From Chthoniobacterales bacterium (GTDB taxonomy: Bacteria; Verrucomicrobiota; Verrucomicrobiia; Chthoniobacterales; DASVRZ01), in contig JBBRNR010000002.1 of the NCBI GenBank assembly GCA_038230215.1, forward strand, positions 204,533 through 268,532: 64,000 nucleotides of DNA, read 5' to 3'. Under the pieces are notes generated by a model, which worked only from the letters and a program-made list of their open reading frames with translations, was not told where the DNA came from and ran no database searches. Numbering within the stretch: the first letter of the stretch is position 1; the number at the start of each line of letters is the position of its first letter. The position numbers were made by a program, and so were the translations under genes. This document shows positions 55,440-64,000 of the stretch, in pieces.

Positions 55440-56573
55440 TTACCGTGCTGTCAGGTTTACGGTGTCGATGTTTCGCACCAACAGCCGTCCGCGCTTAGTG
55501 ATGGAGCCGACGGACATGGGGACTTGCGTGCCCGGTTTAACCTGGGAGAGGACTTTTTCGAGGTCGTCGTTGTTGCGAATCGCATAATCTCCGACCTGGT
55601 AAATGACGAGTCCGCGACGAATACCCGACTTCGCAGCGGGGCTGTCATTTTCCACGTTGGCCACGAGCACACCGGAGCCGGAGGCGTAGTTTAGCGCGTC
55701 GGTGAGATCGTCGGTCATGTCCTGCGTTTCAAGTCCGAAATACCGTTTCGCCCGCGAGCCAGAGGCGAGTCCCTGCGGCTGCTTTGACTGGTTGCGAAAC
55801 TCCCGGATTGTGTCTCGTACCTTTTCCGCGGAAATGGCAAATCCGATGCCCTGAGTCGGGATGCCTTGCGGGGTGAAAGCCATCTTTACCGAACTGACCC
55901 CAACCAGTTTGCCACTCAGATCAATCACGGGCCCCCCCGAGTTACCGGGATTAATGGCGGCATCGGTCTGGATCAGTCCGGTATATTCATTGCCCTCGAC
56001 CTCGATCGTGCGGTCTTTAGCGCTCAAAATCCCCCGTGCCACGGAGCTGCCGTAGCCCATTGGATTTCCGAGAACGAGCACGGTCTGGCCAAGCAGGCTG
56101 GGCGAGAGATTGTCCAAGCTGATGAAGGGCAGCGGATGCTTCACGTCGATTTTGATCAAAGCCAAATCAGCCGCCGGATCGCCGGTGACGTATTTCGCGT
56201 TGTAAGTCTGGCCATCGGTGGTGGTGACGAAGATTTTCAGGTCCGCCGCGCGCTCGACGACGTGCTCATTGGTCACAATGTAACCGTCTGCATCGACGAT
56301 AAACCCGGAGCCGAGGCTCTGAACTTTCTGCGCTACGGAACGACGAGGACGGGCTTGTTCTCCGAAAAATTGCTCATAAATCGCATCCGCCGGATCGCTG
56401 TAGGGTCGGCGCACGATGCGTTCCGTATTGATGTTCACCACAGCGGGCATGGCTTTCGCCGTGGCGATCACCGAAGGCTCGCTGGCGGGTTCGACAGTGG
56501 ATTCAGCGTGAGCCAACTTTGGGAAATGCAGCAGCGTTCCAGAGGCGAGGCAGGCAATGAGGAGTCGTTTCAT
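55440..56573 (-). CDS. HtrA/DegP-family serine protease with PDZ domain
   Basis: 377 aa from ATG 56573 with a signal peptide. Catalytic 'TNEHVV', 'DLALIK' and 'GNSGGPV'. C-terminal PDZ. Confidence 0.9.
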   Translation of the reverse strand: MKRLLIACLASGTLLHFPKLAHAESTVEPASEPSVIATAKAMPAVVNINTERIVRRPYSDPADAIYEQFFGEQARPRRSVAQKVQSLGSGFIVDADGYIVTNEHVVERAADLKIFVTTTDGQTYNAKYVTGDPAADLALIKIDVKHPLPFISLDNLSPSLLGQTVLVLGNPMGYGSSVARGILSAKDRTIEVEGNEYTGLIQTDAAINPGNSGGPVIDLSGKLVGVSSVKMAFTPQGIPTQGIGFAISAEKVRDTIREFRNQSKQPQGLASGSRAKRYFGLETQDMTDDLTDALNYASGSGVLVANVENDSPAAKSGIRRGLVIYQVGDYAIRNNDDLEKVLSQVKPGTQVPMSVGSITKRGRLLVRNIDTVNLTAR

Positions 56574-56690
56574 ATTCGGAAAAATGGAATGCTCCAATTG
56601 ACACGTCACGTCTCGTGTTGCTCAAAAAATCCATGATTTTATTTTTACCGGACACAGAAATAGGTTAGTCTTCCCGTCCATTTTGACCCC

Positions 56691-59447
56691 ATGAGATTCT
56701 CCATCGCCAACGCGTCCAACGCGCAGCTCCTCGACGAAAATTACGCCAACTGGAAGCGCGATCCCGCCTCGGTCGATCACACTTGGGCCGCTTTCTTTGA
56801 GGGATTTGAATTTGGCTCGGCCAACCTCGCCGCCAGTCCGAAAAACAGCAGCAGCGAGCCCCATTATTCCGCAGTCGATTCCTCGCTGCAGGCCCGGGTG
56901 GACAGCTTGGTTTACGCCTATCGCACGCTCGGCCACACCATCGCCCTGATCGATCCACTCGGGGAAAGACGTCCCGATCAGCCATTGCTCAGCCTCGGGG
57001 AACACAAGCTTGCCGATGTGAGTCTGGAGACGGTGGTTTCCTCACGTTATTTTTTGAGTGGTCGCAAAATGCCCCTTGGTGAACTGATTGCAAGTCTTCA
57101 AAAAATCTATTGCGGCACAATCGGAGCCGAGTTCATGCACATCCAGAATTTGCGTGTGCGCAACTGGCTGCGGGAGCGGATCGAGGCTCACGATCCTGCC
57201 GCTCCAGAGAACGCGGACAGCCAGAAACTACGCCTGCGCGCCGTGCTACAGGCGGAGGCGTTTGAGCAGTTTCTGCACACACGCTTCGTCGGGCAAAAAC
57301 GCTTTTCGCTCCAAGGCGGCGAGTCGCTCATGGTCATGCTCAACGCCATTCTGGATCGCTCCCCGGCCCTCGGTGTGGCCGAGATCGTCATGGGCATGGC
57401 GCATCGTGGTCGCCTCACTGTACTCGCCAATTTCCTGCACAAGCAACTGAGGGATTTGTTCACCGAATTCTCCGAAAACTACATTCCCAACCTCGTGGCG
57501 GGTGATGGCGACGTGAAGTATCACCTTGGCTACGACACGATCCGCACGACGCTCGATGGGAGTAAGGTCGGCATCCATCTCGCCTCAAACCCGAGTCATT
57601 TGGAAGCCGTCAATCCGGTGGTTGAAGGGAAAACCCGCGCGCTGCAACGCATTCTCGGAGACACCGTGAAACGCTCCAAAGTCCTGCCCGTGCTCATCCA
57701 CGGCGACGCAGCGTTCGCGGGTCAGGGTCTGGTCGCGGAGGTCTTCAACATGTCGCAACTCCCCGGTTACGAGACAGGCGGCACGATTCATCTCGTGATC
57801 AATAATCAGATCGGATTCACCACGCTGCCGGCCGACGCGCGTTCGACTCCTTATTGCACCGACATCGCCAAAATGGTCGAGGCTCCCGTGTTTCACGTCA
57901 ATGGCGACGACCCCGACGCAGTCGCTTTTGTGACCGATCTCGCTTTTGATTTCCGCCAGCAATTCCGCCAGGACGTCGTCATCGACATGGTTTGCTATCG
58001 CCGCTACGGACACAACGAAGGCGACGAGCCAGCGTTCACCCAGCCCGATCTTTATGGGAAAATCAACTCGCATCCGGCTGTCAGCCAGATTTATCGTCAG
58101 GAGTTGCTCGCATCCGGGGCGTTGACCGAGAAGGAAATGGCTGAGGTCGAGAAGCAGCTTCTAACCGAGCTCGAAACCGCTCTCGCCGAGGTTAAAAACA
58201 TAGGCACACCCAAGGATATGAGCAGTACGAAAAGTTTCGTCGGCTCCAATGCCATCTTCCAGCCGCCGTATTCTCATGCGACGGTGGAAACAAAGATTTC
58301 CAAAGACGTGCTCGCGACCGTTTTCAAAGCGCTCACGACCGTTCCCGAAGGCTTCCGCATTCAGCCCAAAGTCAAAAAAACCGTCCTCGATCCACGACAG
58401 AAAGCCTTTGAAAACGGCGGACCCTACTTCTGGTCGCATGCCGAGGCGCTTGCCTTTGGATCGCTCTTAATAGAAGGGACTCCCGTTCGACTCTCCGGGC
58501 AGGACAGCCGCCGCGGCACCTTCAGCACGCGCCACTCCGTGCTCTATGATGAAGTCACCCGCGAGCGCCACATCCCTCTCCGCAATCTCGGGGAAAACGC
58601 CGCCCGCTTCTGTGTTTACAACTCCTTCCTCTCCGAGGCCGCCGTGCTCGGCTTCGACTACGGATACACACTCGATTACCCGCAAATGCTCTGTCTCTGG
58701 GAGGCGCAATTTGGCGATTTCGCCAATGGCGCACAGGTCATCATCGACCAGTTCATCGTTTCCTCCGAATCGAAATGGCAGCGCCCCAGCAGTCTCGTCA
58801 TGCTCCTGCCGCACGGCTACGAAGGCCAGGGACCGGAACATTCCAGCGCGCGTCTGGAACGCTTCCTCCAACTCTGCGCCGAGGACAACATCATCGTCGC
58901 CAACCTCTCCACGCCCGCCCAGTATTTTCACATCCTTCGCCGGCAAATGAAGCGCGACTTTCGCAAGCCGCTCATCCTCATGACGCCGAAGAGCCTGCTG
59001 CGTAACCCGCTTTGCGTCTCAGTCGAGTCTGATTTCACTGAAGGGCAATTTAGCGAAGTTCTCGACGCCCCTCTGCTCGGGCCGGTCAAAAAAATCCAGC
59101 GCGTTATCTTCTGCAGCGGCAAAGTTTACTACGAACTCCTCCAGCATCGCGACGCCCAGAAAATCAACGACACCGCCTTCATTCGCATCGAGCAACTTTA
59201 CCCCGTCGCCCTCGAGAAACTTCAGGCCGTCGTCGATCTTTATCCCAACGCCACCAAATTCGTCTGGTGCCAGGAAGAGCCGCGCAACATGGGCGCGTGG
59301 ACGCACATTGCACCGAGCCTTAGCCGCATCACCGCCCACGGCGTGCATTACGCTGGACGCAACGCCAGCGCCAGCCCCGCCGTCGGGTCCAAAGCCTGGC
59401 ACGATAAACAGCAAAAGGAACTCATCGAGCACGCTTTTGCGGTTTAG
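56691..59447 (+). CDS. sucA: 2-oxoglutarate dehydrogenase E1 component
   Basis: 918 aa. The length and the blocks 'GMAHRGRLTVLAN', 'HGDAAFAGQG' and 'LLPHGYEGQGPEHSSARLERFLQL' are typical of SucA. Confidence 0.95.
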   Translation: MRFSIANASNAQLLDENYANWKRDPASVDHTWAAFFEGFEFGSANLAASPKNSSSEPHYSAVDSSLQARVDSLVYAYRTLGHTIALIDPLGERRPDQPLLSLGEHKLADVSLETVVSSRYFLSGRKMPLGELIASLQKIYCGTIGAEFMHIQNLRVRNWLRERIEAHDPAAPENADSQKLRLRAVLQAEAFEQFLHTRFVGQKRFSLQGGESLMVMLNAILDRSPALGVAEIVMGMAHRGRLTVLANFLHKQLRDLFTEFSENYIPNLVAGDGDVKYHLGYDTIRTTLDGSKVGIHLASNPSHLEAVNPVVEGKTRALQRILGDTVKRSKVLPVLIHGDAAFAGQGLVAEVFNMSQLPGYETGGTIHLVINNQIGFTTLPADARSTPYCTDIAKMVEAPVFHVNGDDPDAVAFVTDLAFDFRQQFRQDVVIDMVCYRRYGHNEGDEPAFTQPDLYGKINSHPAVSQIYRQELLASGALTEKEMAEVEKQLLTELETALAEVKNIGTPKDMSSTKSFVGSNAIFQPPYSHATVETKISKDVLATVFKALTTVPEGFRIQPKVKKTVLDPRQKAFENGGPYFWSHAEALAFGSLLIEGTPVRLSGQDSRRGTFSTRHSVLYDEVTRERHIPLRNLGENAARFCVYNSFLSEAAVLGFDYGYTLDYPQMLCLWEAQFGDFANGAQVIIDQFIVSSESKWQRPSSLVMLLPHGYEGQGPEHSSARLERFLQLCAEDNIIVANLSTPAQYFHILRRQMKRDFRKPLILMTPKSLLRNPLCVSVESDFTEGQFSEVLDAPLLGPVKKIQRVIFCSGKVYYELLQHRDAQKINDTAFIRIEQLYPVALEKLQAVVDLYPNATKFVWCQEEPRNMGAWTHIAPSLSRITAHGVHYAGRNASASPAVGSKAWHDKQQKELIEHAFAV

Positions 59448-59489
59448 AGTTCACTTCCATTGGATTCTGCGACAAAGTCCGCCACATCC

Positions 59490-60689
59490 ATGAGCATCGA
59501 AATCAAAGTCCCCTCTGTCGGCGAATCCATCACCAGCGGCCTCATCTCTGTCTGGCATCAAAAATCCGGCGCTATCGTCAAGTCAGGCGACCCGCTTTTC
59601 ACCTTGGAAACCGATAAGGTCTCGACCGAGATCACAGCGCAAAACTCTGGTCAGCTCACCATCGTCAAAGCCGAGGGTGAAGAAGTGAAAATAGGCGAAA
59701 TCGTCGGCTCCATCGACGAATCCGTTAGTGCTCCCAGTGCTTCCGCAGAAGCGATACCTTCTCCCAAGACTCCCGCCAAATCCGAATCCAAGTCCGATCG
59801 TTCCGACCGGCTCAGTCCCGCCGTTCGCGTCGCCGTCGAGGAAAACAAACTTGATCCCAAAGCCATTAAAGGCACCGGCAAGCAAGGCCAGATCACCAAA
59901 CCCGATGTTGTTTCTCATCTTGAAACCCAAACCAGTGAGCCAGAGTCGAATGTAACTCCGATCATTTCCAACTCGATGACTCCAACCAGCGAACGCGAGA
60001 CCCGCAAGAGACTCTCCCCGCTCCGTCGCAAGATCGCGCAACACCTCGTCTCGGCTCAGCAAAACGCCGCCATCCTGACCACTTTCAACGAGTGCGATAT
60101 GACCGCCATCCAGGAGCTTCGCGCGAAGGCTCAGGACTCCTTCACCAAGCGGCACGGCGTTAAACTCGGCTTCATGTCCTTCTTCATCAAGGCCACCGTC
60201 GAAGCCCTCAAAGCCGTTCCCGCCATCAACGGCCGCATGGACGGCGAAGACTTCATCCAGAACCATTACTACGACATCGGAGTTGCCGTCGGCACCGAAA
60301 AAGGGCTCGTCGTCCCCGTCATCCGCTATGCCGATCAGAAAACCTTTGCCGAGATCGAGAAAGATCTCGCTGCCTATGCCACGAAAGCTCGTGAAGGAAA
60401 GATCAGCATCGACGACCTCAGCGGCGGCGTCTTCACCATCTCGAATGGAGGCATCTACGGCTCGTTGATGAGCACCCCGATCCTCAACCCGCCACAAAGT
60501 GGCATCCTCGGAATGCATAAAATCCAGCCGCGCCCCATCGCCCTCGATGGCCAGGTTGTCATTCGTCCCATGATGTATCTCGCGCTCAGCTACGATCACC
60601 GAGTCGTCGATGGCAAAGAAGCCGTCACCTTCCTCGTCCGCATCAAAGACTGCCTCGAAGACCCCGTCCGCCTGCTCATCGAGTTCTAA
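59490..60689 (+). CDS. sucB: Dihydrolipoyllysine-residue succinyltransferase (E2 of 2-oxoglutarate dehydrogenase)
   Basis: Starts at ATG 59490 ([14 protein letters not shown]). Lipoyl '[10 protein letters not shown]'. Catalytic '[10 protein letters not shown]'. Confidence 0.94.
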   Translation: MSIEIKVPSVGESITSGLISVWHQKSGAIVKSGDPLFTLETDKVSTEITAQNSGQLTIVKAEGEEVKIGEIVGSIDESVSAPSASAEAIPSPKTPAKSESKSDRSDRLSPAVRVAVEENKLDPKAIKGTGKQGQITKPDVVSHLETQTSEPESNVTPIISNSMTPTSERETRKRLSPLRRKIAQHLVSAQQNAAILTTFNECDMTAIQELRAKAQDSFTKRHGVKLGFMSFFIKATVEALKAVPAINGRMDGEDFIQNHYYDIGVAVGTEKGLVVPVIRYADQKTFAEIEKDLAAYATKAREGKISIDDLSGGVFTISNGGIYGSLMSTPILNPPQSGILGMHKIQPRPIALDGQVVIRPMMYLALSYDHRVVDGKEAVTFLVRIKDCLEDPVRLLIEF

Positions 60690-60770
60690 AACAGGCTTGT
60701 TGGCACCAACGGCTCCCGCATGATTGCCGAGAGTCGAGTCGAGATGAGAATGATGCGGTCAAAAAAACAG

Positions 60771-60822
60771 GAAGTTTTAAGACAAGTGCTTTTCCAAACA
60801 GGAGTTTTAGAATGAGGAGAAG
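60771..60822 (+). repeat. Dispersed 52-nt repeat, copy 2
   Basis: GAAGTTTTAAGACAAGTGCTTTTCCAAACAGGAGTTTTAGAATGAGGAGAAG. See copy 1 at 40427-40478. Confidence 0.6.
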
Positions 60823-61336
60823 AGGTAAGACTCTTTGGATTTACAGTTGACGTTGTATCTACAATCTTAAGAATGATCAGATTACCATTGATCTGAAGAC
60901 GTTAAATCAAGGGGTTGTCACATCAGGTAAATACCTCTCACTGAACCATTAAGCAACGTTACTTTATCATCTAAGTTGTTTGACACGTCATGTAGCTTGT
61001 TTCACGCGTCCTTCATTCAATTTACATCAGCATCTATCTTAAATTGGTCATGATGCAGATTGATTTGACCTTCATACAAATCGTTTAAGTGACGATCTAA
61101 ATAGATTATAGGCTGATGTATCCTATTTCGATTAACCTCTATCTAATTTAGACAATAAGCTAAATTAAATGGAAGCTCACTGAAATAGAATAGAGAAGCA
61201 TCAAAACGATTTTTATTTGAACAAAAGTCAGATTTTACTTGCAATAAGCCGGACACAAGACAAATAAATAAGAATCTGTCCCAAGTCAGTCTTCAATAAG
61301 GCTTTGCTTGCGGTAGTTATTAAACACTTAAAACTT
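60823..61336. other. AT-rich, ORF-free tract (about 0.5 kb)
   Basis: No ORF of 60 aa or more lies in this tract apart from the weak antisense ORF 61228-61431. Composition is visibly much more AT-rich than the rest of the window. Short internal repeats include TTGTTTGACACGTC / TTGTTTCACGCGTC at 60976 and 60998, and the palindrome ATCTAAATAGAT. Confidence 0.6.
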
Positions 61337-61702
61337 ATGGCACGCACTAAACGCACTTCTCCCGCAGTCGAATTCGCTACCACTCGCATTAGCGCATTGG
61401 CTTCCATTGATACAGCCCTGGATCTAGGCAATGGAAAAACTCTGGTGGCTTATACGACCAGAAAAGAGATGGTGAAGGGGTTGAATGATAGCTACAACAC
61501 AGAACTTTCCAAGCTGGATGGGCTTCTTAATGATCTCAAAGACGAGGAAAAGAAACTCCAAACCCTTTCTGCCGAGATGCTGGCAGCCGTGGGGGTGAAG
61601 TATTCCAAAGATAGCTCGGAATATGAGAAAGCCGGAGGCATTCGTTCCAGCGAGCGTAAGCGCTCAGTTCGCAAGCCAAAGACGACTTCATCTCCCAATT
61701 AA
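61337..61702 (+). CDS. Hypothetical small coiled-coil protein with basic tail (121 aa)
   Basis: Starts at ATG 61337 (MARTKRTSPAVEF...). Central heptad-like 'LSKLDGLLNDLKDEEKKLQTLSAEML'. C-terminus 'GGIRSSERKRSVRKPKTTSS'. Visibly lower GC than the neighbouring genes. Confidence 0.55.
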   Translation: MARTKRTSPAVEFATTRISALASIDTALDLGNGKTLVAYTTRKEMVKGLNDSYNTELSKLDGLLNDLKDEEKKLQTLSAEMLAAVGVKYSKDSSEYEKAGGIRSSERKRSVRKPKTTSSPN

Positions 61703-61827
61703 GCCACGACAAGGCAAAAGGCTGATCTTTTTTCTACGATCCGTGGTGATGAGAGATCATCTGATCGAGTTTTCAGCTACATCTCTGCCAGTCTTTTAAG
61801 ACAGGAGGGGCAATACGTTTCTTTTTT

Positions 61828-62303
61828 ATGGTGATTCCTTTTTCTGATGCGAGTGAGATGCGAATGAGGCTCGGGCTGGCCTCGGGACGGCGTCTGGTGT
61901 TTACCAATGGCTGTTTCGATGTGCTTCATGCCGGGCATGTGCGCTATCTGGAAGGGGCGAGGCAACTTGGCGATGCGCTGGTGGTGGGATTGAATGGCGA
62001 TGAGTCGGTCCGCATTTTGAAAGGGGAAAATCGTCCGATCAATGGGCAGGATGACCGCGCCGAGGTGTTGGCGGGGTTGCGCTCGGTAGATGCCGTGGTG
62101 ATTTTTCCAGAGGTCCGGGCGACGGCTTTGATCGAGAAACTGCGGCCCGATGTCTATGTGAAGGGCGGCGATTACACAGTGGCATCGCTCAATCCCGAGG
62201 AGCGAGCGGTGCTGGAATCCATCGGATGCGAGATCGGATTTGTGCCGTTGGTGCCGGGACGTTCGACGACGTCCACGCTTGCCAAGATGCGCGGTTCTGC
62301 CAA

Positions 62304-62307
<4 letters not shown>
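61828..62307 (+). CDS. hldC: D-glycero-beta-D-manno-heptose 1-phosphate adenylyltransferase (RfaE domain II type)
   Basis: 159 aa. 'FTNGCFDVLHAGHVRYLEGARQLGDALVVGLNGDESV'. Confidence 0.88.
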
Positions 62308-63373
<1,066 letters not shown>

Positions 63374-63431
63374 CATTTCGCCGCGCACTTCCTCCAAGGT
63401 CCGGCGAAAGGTGTCAGCAAGGAAAATCTGA

Positions 63432-64000
63432 ATGTTCCTGCCTTATTGGTTAGTCGTCATTATTCTAGGAGTGATCGAGGGAATCACAGAGTTCATTCCG
63501 ATTTCCTCCACGGGTCATCTGCTCATCGCCGAGCATTTGCTCAAGATCGAGCCGCAAAGTTTCCTGCGCAGCGACCTGTTTAATGTCGTCATTCAGGCTG
63601 GCGCGGTGCTGGCCGTTTTGCCGCTTTTCAAAGACCGTCTGGCAATGCTTGCCCGCTGGAAGGAGCCGGCGAGCCAGACTTTGATCGCAAAGATCGCCAC
63701 TGCCTTTTTGATCACCTGCATCGGAGGTTTCATTATCGACAAGAAAGGAATCAAACTCCCCGAGGAAGCGACACCGGTCGCGCTCGCACTGCTCATCGGC
63801 GGTGTGCTTTTCATTGCCGTGGAAATGGTTTTGCGCGGGCGAAAAGGCGTGACTCAAATCTCCTGGAGCGTCGCCATCGCCGTCGGCCTTGCCCAGCTTA
63901 TCGCGGCCGTTTTTCCGGGTGCCTCCCGCTCTGGCTCGACCATTCTTTTTGCACTCGTCCTCGGAGCAGCCCGACCTTTGGCGACGGAGTTCTCTTTTCT
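63432..64000 (+). CDS. uppP: Undecaprenyl-diphosphate phosphatase (partial; continues beyond the window)
   Basis: Not in the track because no stop lies within the window. My translation from ATG 63432: 'MFLPYWLVVIILGVIEGITEFIPISSTGHLLIAEHLL...FPGASRSGSTI'. Confidence 0.88.
   Translation, partial: MFLPYWLVVIILGVIEGITEFIPISSTGHLLIAEHLLKIEPQSFLRSDLFNVVIQAGAVLAVLPLFKDRLAMLARWKEPASQTLIAKIATAFLITCIGGFIIDKKGIKLPEEATPVALALLIGGVLFIAVEMVLRGRKGVTQISWSVAIAVGLAQLIAAVFPGASRSGSTILFALVLGAARPLATEFSF

Noticed and set aside
59583-60599. 338-aa ORF on the minus strand
   Set aside because: It is antisense to sucB, which has its lipoyl and catalytic motifs on the plus strand.
60795-60815. GTTTTAGA motif resembling a type II CRISPR repeat or tracrRNA start
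   Set aside because: There is only a single occurrence per locus. There is no array of regularly spaced repeats and there are no cas genes in the window.
61181-61191. TGAAATAGAAT shared between the AT-rich tract and the IS target site at 30293-30303
   Set aside because: It is an 11-nt match between two AT-rich regions. It may reflect target-like sequence composition but is too short to support a relationship, and no IR-like sequence adjoins it.
61337-61366. N-terminus MARTKRT resembling the eukaryotic histone H3 tail (ARTKQT)
   Set aside because: Only about five residues are similar and the protein has no histone-fold features. I treat this as coincidence, although the protein remains of interest for other reasons.

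Overview
This is a 64-kb, visibly GC-rich and densely coding bacterial chromosomal segment. Several protein families point to a Verrucomicrobiota/PVC-type host, by inference only: an autotransporter-associated beta-strand repeat protein with a DxDxDG C-terminal module, paired bactofilins, a DUF5069-like protein, a GldA/F/G-type ABC operon with DUF4340, and a WxxxDPxxA solenoid protein. The backbone is housekeeping. In order it carries a hybrid sensor kinase and response regulator; argC-argJ-argB; two bactofilins; a DEAD-box helicase; a glycosyltransferase / MsbA-like ABC / acetyltransferase cluster that also contains tRNA-Lys(UUU); sufT-iscU-rhodanese; ftsH; and sdhC-sdhA-sdhB. These are followed by FUSC and AI-2E transporters; serA; an ECF sigma factor; an operon of two PPIases, an oxidoreductase and ygfZ; ileS; Opp-type permeases; htrA; sucA-sucB; and hldC-purN-glnB-uppP (uppP runs off the window end). 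Three accessory or decayed spots stand out. (1) At 30.3-33.7 kb lies a 3.4-kb IS1-family element with perfect 18-bp terminal inverted repeats and 8-bp direct repeats. It carries a transposase inactivated by an in-frame TAG plus passenger genes: an XRE-HTH/ImmA-IrrE metallopeptidase fusion, an unrecognisable 163-aa ORF and small basic ORFs. (2) At 39.0-40.6 kb lies a decay zone. An IS3-family remnant supplies the stop codon of a truncated SPFH gene and abuts a frameshifted RelE/ParE-like toxin remnant, followed by a nested palindrome. (3) At 60.7-61.7 kb lies an AT-rich, ORF-free stretch of about 0.5 kb, followed by a low-GC 121-aa coiled-coil/basic protein. It is preceded by a 52-nt repeat whose second copy sits at 40.4 kb. 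The best candidate for an undescribed system is the IS-borne XRE-ImmA plus 163-aa ORF module; this is a hypothesis, not a demonstrated function. I found no rRNA, no CRISPR array and no second tRNA. Many long ORFs in the six-frame track are antisense shadows of real genes and were rejected.
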